Shown one piece after another: positions 18,141 to 27,901 of a stretch of 64,000 bases of DNA. The stretch lies in sequence record OR670491.1. One strand, given 5' to 3'. Below the pieces are notes generated by a model, which did no database searches, had not been told where the DNA came from, and saw nothing but the letters and a program-made list of their open reading frames with translations. The position numbers were made by a program, and so were the translations under genes. Numbering within the stretch: the first letter of the stretch is position 1; each line of letters starts with the position of its first letter.

Positions 18141-19085
18141 ATGCCGACTATTACATTAACAGTTGGTTTGCCAGGATGTGGTAAAACTACATGGGCTGTT
18201 GAAGCAATTCGAAAAGCAAAGTCAAAGACTGTCAATATCAACCGTGATGACATTCGTGAGTCAATGGCTGGTTCACATGATGCATACAAATTCAACGACG
18301 CTAATGAGCAGTACGTAACTACATTACAGTTCAGTGCAGCCGATTTAGCAGCTAAGAATTCGTGGAACATCATCGTTTCTGACACGAACCTTAAACAAGG
18401 TTTTCGTGATAAATGGAAAATGTGGGCTTCAGACAATGGGTACGACTACAAAGAAAAAGACTTCTATCAGGATTTTGAACCTAAAGAAGACCGTGGTGCT
18501 GATGTACATGAATTCTTTAAGATTAAAGAATATGTAAAACTTTGTAAGACTCGTAACCTAAAACGCGAACGTTCAGTACAGGACAGTATCATTGATACTA
18601 TGGCACATACGTACTATTACAGTAAAATGCGTATGTTCAATGCGTATGAGCTTCAGAATTATGACTCATTACCGCATTGTATTATTGTTGATATCGATGG
18701 TACACTAGCTCATAAAGGGGGTCGTAATCCATTCGATGAAAGTACTGTCCTACAGGATACTCCAGACGAGGAAGTAATTCTTTCAGTAATTGCAGAAGCA
18801 CAGTTCTTTAAACGCAAGATTATCGTTATGTCCGGCAGGACTGAAGGGTGCAGAGAAGATACTGAGAAGTGGTTACTGACTTGGGGTGTGCCTTATGATG
18901 AACTATATATGCGAGCAATTGATGATAAACGTCCTGATGATGTAGTTAAGTACGAGTTACTATCTAAACACGTTGCTGGGAAGTACACGGTCAAGAAGGT
19001 TTATGATGACCGTGAGGCAGTAACATTTATGTGGCGTAACCTAGTAGGATTGAAAGTATTCCAAGTCGAACCTGGATTATTTTGA
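18141..19085 (+). CDS. pseT: polynucleotide 5'-kinase/3'-phosphatase (T4 PseT-like)
   Basis: GLPGCGKT P-loop, RDDIR, HAD motif DIDGT, YDDR. Confidence 0.93.
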   Translation: MPTITLTVGLPGCGKTTWAVEAIRKAKSKTVNINRDDIRESMAGSHDAYKFNDANEQYVTTLQFSAADLAAKNSWNIIVSDTNLKQGFRDKWKMWASDNGYDYKEKDFYQDFEPKEDRGADVHEFFKIKEYVKLCKTRNLKRERSVQDSIIDTMAHTYYYSKMRMFNAYELQNYDSLPHCIIVDIDGTLAHKGGRNPFDESTVLQDTPDEEVILSVIAEAQFFKRKIIVMSGRTEGCREDTEKWLLTWGVPYDELYMRAIDDKRPDDVVKYELLSKHVAGKYTVKKVYDDREAVTFMWRNLVGLKVFQVEPGLF

Positions 19086-19098
19086 TACAATAAAATAT

Positions 19099-19129
19099 AT
19101 GAGCGGATCATTTGATTCCGCTCATTTTT
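19099..19129 (+). terminator. intrinsic terminator
   Basis: atgagcgga/tccgctcat + T-run. Confidence 0.75.
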
Positions 19130-19147
19130 ATCTAAGGATAAAGTACT

Positions 19148-19405
19148 ATGGATATGTTACAAGTGCAATTAAAACAAAGTACTGACTTGATACTTTCTAT
19201 TATTGAAGATCTAAATCAACAGTACTTAGGAAAACGTGTCATAACTCATACAAAGATTAAAGGGTTTGTTTCGTTAATTTATTTTAATTCATATGAAAAT
19301 AAACTATGCGTTCGAATTAGAACCATAGATGAAGAAACTGGGTATGAGGATGGTGGATTAGCATCTATACCTTTTCAAAATTTAAGGTTATTAGAAGATG
19401 ATTAA
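19148..19405 (+). CDS. small hypothetical protein (YxGKxV family)
   Basis: QQYLGKRVI. Confidence 0.65.
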   Translation: MDMLQVQLKQSTDLILSIIEDLNQQYLGKRVITHTKIKGFVSLIYFNSYENKLCVRIRTIDEETGYEDGGLASIPFQNLRLLEDD

Positions 19406-19649
19406 AACAGAATTAGCATTAGTAAAACTGCATGTAGACTACGCAACAGTACTCGTAGAAGATCTATCAAAAAAGTACGTTGGTAAACGTGTGCGTTGCT
19501 ATTATAGTGAATATGATTATAAACATGATTTCCGTGTACAAGAGATTTTTCTGTTCGACGGGGTTATTAATATTCGTGTAATCAATGAACATAACCATAC
19601 CTATACATATGGCCTAAATGCAACTATAGAGGAATTGCCAGATGAATAG
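19398..19649 (+). CDS. small hypothetical protein (YxGKxV family)
   Basis: KKYVGKRVR. Confidence 0.65.
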   Translation: MIKTELALVKLHVDYATVLVEDLSKKYVGKRVRCYYSEYDYKHDFRVQEIFLFDGVINIRVINEHNHTYTYGLNATIEELPDE

Positions 19650-19938
19650 TGTTTTGTCAAAATTAAAAGAATTGAATTTCTATACTTACCTGTGGCTTGA
19701 TGAACAGGAACAGGTTGTAAGCAGATCTTATTCCCATATAATGATTGAGTTATCAAAGGATATACTAAAAACAGAAGTAAAAGTATTTTGTCCAGAAGCT
19801 AATATGGGTGGGAAGATTGTTGATTTTACTTTCGCTGGATTTATCAACTATAATTACGAACGTTCACTTGGTATTAAGGTTGAAATTGGGGAAGACGATT
19901 ATTGTACCTTTCAGTTGCCCGATTTGGTGATACAATGA
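19642..19938 (+). CDS. small hypothetical protein
   Basis: GAGGA RBS; overlapping-stop operon. Confidence 0.6.
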   Translation: MNSVLSKLKELNFYTYLWLDEQEQVVSRSYSHIMIELSKDILKTEVKVFCPEANMGGKIVDFTFAGFINYNYERSLGIKVEIGEDDYCTFQLPDLVIQ

Positions 19939-20234
19939 ATGAGGAAGATTTAAGAATATTAACCTACTATAGTAATCATTCGATAATTTTATATGAGATG
20001 GTTTATGAATACAAATACAGCGAGTATCCTTTATTTGATTTAGTACTGAATTTTTATAACGAAGTACGTGACAAATATTACGGTAAACCCATTGTAATAT
20101 TAGATGATACATTTTATATAGCAGCAGTGCATGGTTCATTAAATGGTATATTCTTTGATTTGAAATCGGATCTTAAATCAAAACATGTTGATGATAGTTT
20201 GTATATTTCGGAGATACCAAAATGTCAAATTTAA
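19935..20234 (+). CDS. small hypothetical protein (YxGK family)
   Basis: EEDLRIL...KYYGKPIV. Confidence 0.6.
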   Translation: MNEEDLRILTYYSNHSIILYEMVYEYKYSEYPLFDLVLNFYNEVRDKYYGKPIVILDDTFYIAAVHGSLNGIFFDLKSDLKSKHVDDSLYISEIPKCQI

Positions 20235-20548
20235 CAGAAGAAGATTTAAAGTATCTTCTGTACGTAGAAAAATCTACCATATTAATTTCGTCGGTTTGTG
20301 AAGAGTTTGACGATACCAGATGGAAAGGATGTGTGCCAACATACATCTTCGACACTATGGAAATATTGGAAAATAAGTTCTATAATAAATTAGTATATGA
20401 AAAGGAATATCCTAAAGTCAAACTTTATATTAAAGAATGCTTTTTCGCTGGACGCAGTGGTTTTATGTTTGATACAGGACGAAACGAAAAAGAAAAGTAC
20501 ACTTTTACTAGTGTTTATCTTGATGAGATTTTGTTAGCAAAAGATTGA
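20222..20548 (+). CDS. small hypothetical protein
   Basis: GGAG RBS; EEDLKYLL. Confidence 0.6.
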   Translation: MSNLTEEDLKYLLYVEKSTILISSVCEEFDDTRWKGCVPTYIFDTMEILENKFYNKLVYEKEYPKVKLYIKECFFAGRSGFMFDTGRNEKEKYTFTSVYLDEILLAKD

Positions 20549-20573
20549 CATTGAACTGGAATTGAACTATAAT
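20545..20573 (+). promoter_or_regulatory. perfect sigma70 consensus promoter
   Basis: TTGACA-17-TATAAT. Confidence 0.7.
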
Positions 20574-20886
20574 GGACGAACTATTAAAAGAAATACTACA
20601 ATGGGAAAAGGATTTTGTTTTCATCAGTGAACAAAGAAACAATGCACCAAAGAGTGTTCGATCTGCCATTGAGTACTACATTGATGAAATGTGTGAATAC
20701 CTGACTAAAAAGTACTGTCCATTTAGTTCAGGATATTCCACCAACAGTTTTGTAACCAAACGAGATGTAGGTGAAATTCATATTGTAAAACGCATCACAC
20801 CTGGATTTGGTAACTGGTTTGTATTCAATACTGAACAATCTGAATACCTATACATCGAAGATTTAAGAAATATTATCAAAAAATAA
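20572..20886 (+). CDS. hypothetical protein
   Basis: 104-aa ORF; its ATG overlaps the -10 box. Confidence 0.55.
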   Translation: MDELLKEILQWEKDFVFISEQRNNAPKSVRSAIEYYIDEMCEYLTKKYCPFSSGYSTNSFVTKRDVGEIHIVKRITPGFGNWFVFNTEQSEYLYIEDLRNIIKK

Positions 20887-20897
20887 GGAGAGTACAT

Positions 20898-21518
20898 ATG
20901 TTAACAACACTAGCAATTATTTGGGTTCTTGGTGTAATCATCACTGCTATGCTTGCATACAATCACAATCGCAATATCATTGGGTATTCTGTACTCGGTG
21001 TAGTACTGTCACCTGTGATTTCAATCGGTGTTCTCCTAATGCTAGGTGAACGCAACCCCAATCTATTCATCAATGACAACCGTGATAAGGTTACACCAGT
21101 ACCAGAAACTGTTATTCCTGAAGAACTAGCACCTGCACCGGAAGTTGTTGAAGTAATAGAAGAAGTCGTGGAACCTGTCAAACCAGTACCGCCAGTATTC
21201 CCTGAAGTGCAGGTTGTTCCTGAAGTTAAAAAGCATAAGTCCAATAAGTCCTCAAAGAAAGCACGATATACTAAAGGCAAGAACAAAGGTAAGAAACCAG
21301 ATACCCAAAGCACTTCCACTTCCACCACAACCACCACCAATACCCCTGATAACGCAGCAGGCATCGCTACAGCAGCCGTAATGACTGCCCTGTACGTTGG
21401 TGACGATTACAGTGATTACACCACTACAACGACGTATAGCTCGTCCTCTGACACTTCTTCATATGACAGTTCCAGTTCATGTGATAGCAGCAGTTCTTCT
21501 TCTGGTAGTTGTGATTAA
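20898..21518 (+). CDS. membrane protein with low-complexity tail
   Basis: AAGGAG RBS; two N-terminal TM segments; Pro/Glu, Lys, Thr and Ser/Asp tracts. Confidence 0.75.
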   Translation: MLTTLAIIWVLGVIITAMLAYNHNRNIIGYSVLGVVLSPVISIGVLLMLGERNPNLFINDNRDKVTPVPETVIPEELAPAPEVVEVIEEVVEPVKPVPPVFPEVQVVPEVKKHKSNKSSKKARYTKGKNKGKKPDTQSTSTSTTTTTNTPDNAAGIATAAVMTALYVGDDYSDYTTTTTYSSSSDTSSYDSSSSCDSSSSSSGSCD

Positions 21519-21519
21519 T

Positions 21520-21885
21520 ATGAAAGACCTGAAATACGTTTCAATGTATTACGAGGTACTCACTAATCAAATCCTAGAATACATCGATTCGGTCAGAAAG
21601 GATCTTACGGGTAAAACCGTAAGATTCACCGACGAATACATTGAACAACAGAACAGGGTTGAATCTTATACCTTCATTGATGACGATGGTACAATTTTTG
21701 AAGATGCAGAGGATATCACACATATCAGTACTGATATTAAGATGGAAGTCATTACTATTGTTAGTAAGAACACAACCAGACTATACGCAGTAGTTGAATG
21801 TCTATCATGTCCAGATGACACTGTGTATGATTTTGACCAATACATAGATCTTAAAAATTTAGTACTTATGGGAGTGGAGGAATAA
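21520..21885 (+). CDS. hypothetical protein (GKxV family)
   Basis: MKDLKYVSMYY...DLTGKTVRF. Confidence 0.6.
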   Translation: MKDLKYVSMYYEVLTNQILEYIDSVRKDLTGKTVRFTDEYIEQQNRVESYTFIDDDGTIFEDAEDITHISTDIKMEVITIVSKNTTRLYAVVECLSCPDDTVYDFDQYIDLKNLVLMGVEE

Positions 21886-21887
21886 TT

Positions 21888-22124
21888 ATGATGACATTTT
21901 TTGGAATTTATGGTTTCGTTGCTATATGTTCATTTGTATGCAACTTTATAGTACTAAATTGGGGTTGTTTCAAAGATGAACTAATCACCATAATTAGTCT
22001 ACAATCCGCAGCACTTATGGCTATTATATGGCCTGTAACATTGGTATATCTTCTTATCTCATTGGTGCGAGATGTAAAAGATAAGTACGTTAAGAACTCT
22101 AAAAAAGGTGAGAAACATGACTAA
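21888..22124 (+). CDS. membrane protein
   Basis: two hydrophobic segments, IIWPV. Confidence 0.65.
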   Translation: MMTFFGIYGFVAICSFVCNFIVLNWGCFKDELITIISLQSAALMAIIWPVTLVYLLISLVRDVKDKYVKNSKKGEKHD

Positions 22125-22374
22125 TGTAGATAAATCTCATATTCGTTATTTGTTTTCTTTAGTTGATGATTTCTTACAAGATATCAAGCCCAAGTACATT
22201 GGGAAAGAAGTCCGTTTGACACATACCAGAGGTTACTATAAACATATCATTGAAGATGTTATTCTTCGTAAGGGTGAGTTGTGCTTTAAAGTTTGCAATT
22301 ACCTTGAAGATGGTACGTATGCTGGTTCTCAAATGGTACATGATGATAAGATTATTTGGATGAATATTGAATGA
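22117..22374 (+). CDS. small hypothetical protein (YxGKxV family)
   Basis: PKYIGKEVRL. Confidence 0.65.
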   Translation: MTNVDKSHIRYLFSLVDDFLQDIKPKYIGKEVRLTHTRGYYKHIIEDVILRKGELCFKVCNYLEDGTYAGSQMVHDDKIIWMNIE

Positions 22375-23114
22375 AACATTTTTTAGAAGTAACTGTTCCA
22401 GATGATAAAGAACTATATATTGTAGGCGACATTCATGGTAATGCTAAACTATGGGATATAACTAAAACAGAATTTGGCATTACTTCTGATGATTATGTTT
22501 TTAGCTTAGGTGATCTAATAGACCGAGGAACTCAAAGTGCTAAGTTACTTTTTGAGTTCCTTTTTTCTGATAACCGTTTTATGATTCTCGGCAATCATGA
22601 ACAGCTATGTGTTGATTCAGAAAAGTACAGAGACTGGCATCACTGTTGGTTATCGAATGGTGGAGATAAGTTCATCGAGGAAATCGGTGATACTGGTATT
22701 CAGTTCTTTAGACAGTACTTAAATCAGTTGCCTACAATCATCCAAATCAATCACAGAGGTCTGAAGATTGGACTCGTTCATGCTGGTGTTGATCTGAAGT
22801 ATCAAAACTGGGATCAGTTTATTTCTGGAACAAAGTCGCTTAGTACTGATATAATTGAGTCATTGCTATGGGAACGTAAGACATTTGATTTCTGCAAAGG
22901 AAACAATGTATACAATGCACCACGCATTCAGGGTGTTGACTACGTTCTTAGTGGTCATACTGGTGTGGTTGACCCATTGATTTATGGCAATCGCGTATGG
23001 ATAGACAGTCAATTCATGAGTGGTGATTTAACCGTTGCCACCCCACAAAGTGGCAAGATGCGTTACTTGCGTCGAGAAAAGGACGATTATTCTTTTAATC
23101 GTTTTAAAAGGTAA
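22371..23114 (+). CDS. Ser/Thr protein phosphatase (lambda NinI/PphA-like)
   Basis: GDIHG, GDLIDRG, LGNHE, VHAG, SGHT motifs. Confidence 0.9.
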   Translation: MKHFLEVTVPDDKELYIVGDIHGNAKLWDITKTEFGITSDDYVFSLGDLIDRGTQSAKLLFEFLFSDNRFMILGNHEQLCVDSEKYRDWHHCWLSNGGDKFIEEIGDTGIQFFRQYLNQLPTIIQINHRGLKIGLVHAGVDLKYQNWDQFISGTKSLSTDIIESLLWERKTFDFCKGNNVYNAPRIQGVDYVLSGHTGVVDPLIYGNRVWIDSQFMSGDLTVATPQSGKMRYLRREKDDYSFNRFKR

Positions 23115-23117
23115 ATT

Positions 23118-23381
23118 ATGCACGAAGAGATACAACAAATCATCAAAACTCGCATCAATTTTGAAAGTACAGTTTCGTCGATGGTCCATGATTATCGAAA
23201 CGATGTTCAAGCGTATCTATCTGACAAAGTTGTTGGGAAACGTGTGTGGTTTGAAGACATGTACCCAGAAGGTATTATCACGCGTATTGTAACAATGGGT
23301 ACAAACACTATATACGTAGAAATACAGTACAGTGGAAATAGATTATATCAAACGGATATTAAGTACGTTACGTTTTTATAA
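23118..23381 (+). CDS. small hypothetical protein (GKxV family)
   Basis: DKVVGKRVWF. Confidence 0.6.
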   Translation: MHEEIQQIIKTRINFESTVSSMVHDYRNDVQAYLSDKVVGKRVWFEDMYPEGIITRIVTMGTNTIYVEIQYSGNRLYQTDIKYVTFL

Positions 23382-23391
23382 GGAAATAAAA

Positions 23392-23619
23392 ATGAAAGAA
23401 ATTCTGGTCCAAGTAAAGAAATATCAAACTGAAGATGGTAAGATTTTTGATTCAGCCCGTGAAGCAGAACACCATGAACGTATCATTTGTGGGGTAAGAA
23501 AGACATGTCCACATTGTAATGGTACACAGCAAGTTCCTGATGAAGAATTTCGTCGTTTCTATGCGTGTCCAACATGTGATGGTCGCGGATGGGTAGAAAA
23601 ACAAGAGGTATGGAAATGA
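23392..23619 (+). CDS. DnaJ-type zinc-finger small protein
   Basis: CPHCNGT..V and CPTCDGRG repeats; AAGGA RBS. Confidence 0.7.
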   Translation: MKEILVQVKKYQTEDGKIFDSAREAEHHERIICGVRKTCPHCNGTQQVPDEEFRRFYACPTCDGRGWVEKQEVWK

Positions 23620-24029
23620 AATTATATTGCTTAACAAATATGTACTGTCAGGGAACGCAAGCTGGGATTCAGGCATTTCATGCTGGTGTAAGACTAATCA
23701 AAGAGTATGAAGGTTCACACTTCAGTACTATGATTGATGAGTGGTACTATGACCATGAAACGGTTGTAGTACTGAATGCTGGCTCTCACACTGCACTTGA
23801 AAAATACATGCAAGACTTAAAACAGCAAGGGAAGGTTCCATATGCTGAGTTCAAAGAGATCGGCTTAAATGATGCACTAACTAGTATTGCAGTACTATGC
23901 ACATCTGAAATGGTTGAAGACATGGCAGTACTGCGTATGAATCTACCTGCGGGTGAACAGCTAATGGAAGTTAAATATGGCAAGCTATATCCAGTACTGA
24001 AAGCTATTAGTACCATGAGGACATTGTAA
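23616..24029 (+). CDS. peptidyl-tRNA hydrolase 2-like protein
   Basis: QAGIQAFHA, W...ETVVVL, F.E.GLNDALTSIAV pattern resembles the PTH2 fold. Confidence 0.5.
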   Translation: MKLYCLTNMYCQGTQAGIQAFHAGVRLIKEYEGSHFSTMIDEWYYDHETVVVLNAGSHTALEKYMQDLKQQGKVPYAEFKEIGLNDALTSIAVLCTSEMVEDMAVLRMNLPAGEQLMEVKYGKLYPVLKAISTMRTL

Positions 24030-25237
24030 TGAAGTTTCCTGAACAACTCTATGTAGCAAGAAAATATGTATCATCCGAGCGTGTAGAAGCAATGGTAACT
24101 GATGCTACAAAAACACACACAAAAGCATTCGAAACTAAAAAAGAACGACTGGATAGTTGGGCTAGTAAAGCAGGTAGCAAAGAACTACCATCTATTTTCA
24201 TCGAAAACAAACCAACTATCGGTTTTAGTATTGTAAAAATGGTTTATTCCTACAACCGCGACACTTTCTTCACAGTTCGACACCCTGAAGGTTTTGAGTT
24301 CTATATTCCTGCAAGCAATATGAATGATCTTATTGCCAACAATGATATCATTAAAGGTGTTTTCCAAGCCCCATTGTACTTCAATGACAAAATGGAACTA
24401 ATCAATGAAAGTACTTCATTATTTGAAAAAATGAAAAAAGAGGAAGAGAAACAAAGTGAACGTAAAGATTTTGTGCAAACTCTTAAAGTAGGTGATGGTT
24501 TTACTTACAAAGATAATGACTATTATTATTGTGGTCGTGTTCACGCAATTTGTATGATGAAGTCAAAAGAATATAGTATTCCAGAAAAGAGTTCTCTGTA
24601 TCATTTAGTTTATAATATTAGTAAGCAGCATTATGTACTGAACACTAAACTGGATAAGTACACCTTAGCTCCTAAAGCATTGCTTAATGCCAAAACTACA
24701 ATTGATAAAGAAATTTCCAAAGCAAATGCCGAAATATATGAATCAAAAGATAAATTGAGTGATCATTTGAGTGATAGTCTCAAGCCTATCATTATGGCAG
24801 AGAAACCATTCAAAAAGACTAGTTTAAAAATCCGTTATGAGAAAATTGATGTAAAAGATATTTTCAACAAGACTAAACGCTTCAATAGTGATTTGATTTA
24901 CAAAGTACACAAAGATGGTCAAGACTATCGTGTGTTTGTTGGGTTAAAGGCTACTGCGTATGATCGCTATTCATATAACAGAAATGATTACAGTTTGATT
25001 TATTACGGGGAATTTGATGTATTTGCTGGTACTGAAGTTGATATTGATGAAAATGGTATCATGACATTAGATGTTGACCTAGATAAACATACATCATTCG
25101 GTTCATGGAATGGTTATCAATCTCCGTTCTATCCCCCTACTAAAAAATATTCATCATCTAACAGTTATGCTGACAGAAAACAAATGGTTCAACTATCAAC
25201 TGACCTTGAATTGTTTGTAAGCCATTACTACCTGTAA
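24029..25237 (+). CDS. hypothetical protein
   Basis: 402-aa ORF with GAGGA RBS. Confidence 0.8.
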   Translation: MKFPEQLYVARKYVSSERVEAMVTDATKTHTKAFETKKERLDSWASKAGSKELPSIFIENKPTIGFSIVKMVYSYNRDTFFTVRHPEGFEFYIPASNMNDLIANNDIIKGVFQAPLYFNDKMELINESTSLFEKMKKEEEKQSERKDFVQTLKVGDGFTYKDNDYYYCGRVHAICMMKSKEYSIPEKSSLYHLVYNISKQHYVLNTKLDKYTLAPKALLNAKTTIDKEISKANAEIYESKDKLSDHLSDSLKPIIMAEKPFKKTSLKIRYEKIDVKDIFNKTKRFNSDLIYKVHKDGQDYRVFVGLKATAYDRYSYNRNDYSLIYYGEFDVFAGTEVDIDENGIMTLDVDLDKHTSFGSWNGYQSPFYPPTKKYSSSNSYADRKQMVQLSTDLELFVSHYYL

Positions 25238-25265
25238 ACGGAATTTATATAAAAAGGATTTTACA

Positions 25266-26684
25266 ATGAGCATTCTATCTATTATCGAAAACATTAAAAG
25301 TGTTAGCAGTACCCTTGGCAAGAAAGCTATCCTGGAAGAGAACAAAGATAATGAAACTCTCAAGAAAGTACTGAAATATACACTAGACCCTAGTATTGTA
25401 AGTGGCTATAAGAAGCTACCAGAAGCCCATGACGCATCTCAACATATGTCATTGGATGAAGCTATAGATAAGCTGGAATGCATCTATAAGCGTGATGTGA
25501 CGGGCCATGCAGGGCGTGATTTCATTGCTTCAGTACTGGGTAGTGTAAGTCCAGATGATGCTGAAGTTATTCGTAAGATGCTTACCAAGAACCTAGATTG
25601 TGGTATTCAAGAGAAGAACTGTAACGATGTATTCGGTAAAGGTTTCATCAAAGATGAACCATATATGCGTTGTTCTTTGCTTGATAAAAAGACTGTTAAG
25701 AACATCAACTTCAAAGGTCATGGTTATGCTGTCTCCGAGGTCAAAATGGATGGCACTTACCTGAACCACGTAGTTATCAATGGTTCTCTTACTTCTTCCT
25801 CCCGTAATGGTAAACTATATGACTTCTTAGGTTGTCGTGATGGTGAGATGGCAGGTCTTGCACATCAAATCCAAATGAATGATGATCGTTTTAGTAGTGG
25901 CGTAGTCTTTATGGGCGAAGGTCTAGTACTTGATAATGACGGTGAAACTATTCTCCCACGCACAACTGGTAATGGTATCATCCAGAAAGCTGGGAAAGAC
26001 AGTATCAACCAAAATGAAGCAATGCGTACTGTATTTGTCCTGTGGGATGTTGTTCCTTATGATGCATTCTGCGACGGTACATGGAACGTAAAACGTAAAG
26101 AACGTCGTGAACTGCTTGAAAATGCAATCAATGCATTGGGTAGTGAATTTGTCCGTATGGTGAAATACCGTAAGGTTAAAAACATCAAAGAAGCATTTGA
26201 GTACAATAACGAACTCATGGAACAGGGTGAAGAAGGTTCAGTACTGAAATGTGAAGATGGTGTCTGGAAATCACATACGTCTCCTAAGCAGTTGAAAGTA
26301 AAACTAAAAATGCAATTGGATTTGCGTATTGTTGGCTTCAACGAAGGTGAAGGTAAACGTAAAGGTTCACTTGGTTCTTTACAACTCGAAAGTGCATGTG
26401 GTACACTAAAAGTAAATGTAGGAACAGGTATCAAAGAGAAAGATGCAGAGTGGACATTCAAAACCATTTGGGAACGAATGCAAGAACTAATTGGTAAAGT
26501 CGTTACCGTTGAGTGTAATGAAATAGTTATTGACAGTAAAACTGGTGAACCATCACTATTTTTACCAGTGTTTATTGAATTTAGATTTGACAAAAACACG
26601 TGTGACGATTATACTCGTATCTTAGAAATTCGTGATAGTGCTGTTGAGGTGTTCTCTAACAGTATCATTGAATCAATAGCTTAA
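25266..26684 (+). CDS. lig: ATP-dependent DNA ligase (T4 gp30-like)
   Basis: EVKMDG adenylation motif, SRNGK, GEGL, WDVV, EEGSVLK, KVKLK, OB domain. Confidence 0.93.
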   Translation: MSILSIIENIKSVSSTLGKKAILEENKDNETLKKVLKYTLDPSIVSGYKKLPEAHDASQHMSLDEAIDKLECIYKRDVTGHAGRDFIASVLGSVSPDDAEVIRKMLTKNLDCGIQEKNCNDVFGKGFIKDEPYMRCSLLDKKTVKNINFKGHGYAVSEVKMDGTYLNHVVINGSLTSSSRNGKLYDFLGCRDGEMAGLAHQIQMNDDRFSSGVVFMGEGLVLDNDGETILPRTTGNGIIQKAGKDSINQNEAMRTVFVLWDVVPYDAFCDGTWNVKRKERRELLENAINALGSEFVRMVKYRKVKNIKEAFEYNNELMEQGEEGSVLKCEDGVWKSHTSPKQLKVKLKMQLDLRIVGFNEGEGKRKGSLGSLQLESACGTLKVNVGTGIKEKDAEWTFKTIWERMQELIGKVVTVECNEIVIDSKTGEPSLFLPVFIEFRFDKNTCDDYTRILEIRDSAVEVFSNSIIESIA

Positions 26685-26702
26685 CCTTATCTGGAGGTAA
26701 TT

Positions 26703-27494
26703 ATGAAATTTGTTGTAACATCTGACGTACACGGTGGAACTAATTACCTCCATAGCGGTGATTACAGTGACGTAGTACTGATCATTGCTGGTGACTTTGA
26801 CGAAGTAAAGCGTAGTCGTTATCGTACCGGAATCGAAGAACTGTGTAAGCAGTTCTATAAGGTAGTACTGGTTCCTGGGAATCACGAATACTACGGTTCC
26901 AATATCCAAAAGACGCATCAAGTACTGTCCACTATGCAGGATGAGATTCCTAATTTCATCTTCCTACAAAACAAGTTCCAGTTCATTGGTGATGTACTGC
27001 TCGTTGGTAGTACTCTGTGGACTGACTTTGATAAAGGTAATTCACTGGTTAAGTTTGATGCTAAGATGAAGATGAATGATTACAAACACATTCGTCATGG
27101 CACTACGTCTGAACCTTGGCGTAAGAAGCTGACCCCTGAAGATACTGAGTTCATGCACCATCAGGATAAACAATTCATCAAGAATGCGATTTGTAGTGCT
27201 CGTTTGATGAGTGGTGATGATATTAAAGTACTGGTAGTTACTCACCACGCACCGAGTTACCAAAGTGTATCTCCACGATATAAGAATGATTCACTGAATG
27301 GCTGTTACTGTTCTGATATGGATCAGTTCATCGAAGATGTAGGAGCAGATGTATGGGTACATGGTCACGTACATAGCAGCTTTGACTACAATATCGGAAA
27401 GACACGTATTATTTGTAACCCAAAAGGTTATGAGTCATTTAGTGGTGCATCTGAGAACTTCGACTACAATCCACAATTTGTATTTGAAATCTAG
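26703..27494 (+). CDS. calcineurin-like metallophosphoesterase
   Basis: SDVH, AGD, PGNHEYY, THHAP, WVHGHVH. Confidence 0.9.
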   Translation: MKFVVTSDVHGGTNYLHSGDYSDVVLIIAGDFDEVKRSRYRTGIEELCKQFYKVVLVPGNHEYYGSNIQKTHQVLSTMQDEIPNFIFLQNKFQFIGDVLLVGSTLWTDFDKGNSLVKFDAKMKMNDYKHIRHGTTSEPWRKKLTPEDTEFMHHQDKQFIKNAICSARLMSGDDIKVLVVTHHAPSYQSVSPRYKNDSLNGCYCSDMDQFIEDVGADVWVHGHVHSSFDYNIGKTRIICNPKGYESFSGASENFDYNPQFVFEI

Positions 27495-27502
27495 GAGTCA
27501 AA

Positions 27503-27901
27503 ATGTCCATAACTTGCTTTACTTTTTCACCTGATGTCAGCGAGATTGTTCGTGTGTATCAGGTTAATTACCAGGTTAATTACCAGGGACGACCCACTAC
27601 TGATTCGTTTTTGGTAATGTCGGCTAACAAGGTAACTACTTTTTATCGTCATCAAGACCCATTTGTTATAAAAGACCGATATGGTATACGTGGAAATAAA
27701 GAACCGCCTATCAGTACTCATACTGGTATTGTACTGGTATGTGTACCGACTAGAGACTATATGTTCAGTACTGAAACTATTCAACAGCAAACATTAAACA
27801 TGGCAGCTTCACGTTCACGTGGAATGTATATTCGTGTAAATTTAGATGACATTGACCCTGGTTTGCGTTATGATTATATTAATGCGTTAGGGAGATTGTG
27901 A
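27503..27901 (+). CDS. hypothetical protein
   Basis: AGGAG RBS; in-frame YQVN duplication. Confidence 0.6.
   Translation: MSITCFTFSPDVSEIVRVYQVNYQVNYQGRPTTDSFLVMSANKVTTFYRHQDPFVIKDRYGIRGNKEPPISTHTGIVLVCVPTRDYMFSTETIQQQTLNMAASRSRGMYIRVNLDDIDPGLRYDYINALGRL

Noticed and set aside
19083-19098. Promoter TGATACAAT before the 19099 terminator
   Set aside because: No -35, and the start would precede an intact terminator; not supported enough to list.
27560-27587. 12-bp tandem duplication caggttaattac
   Set aside because: Only two copies, in frame (YQVN); most likely simple slippage.
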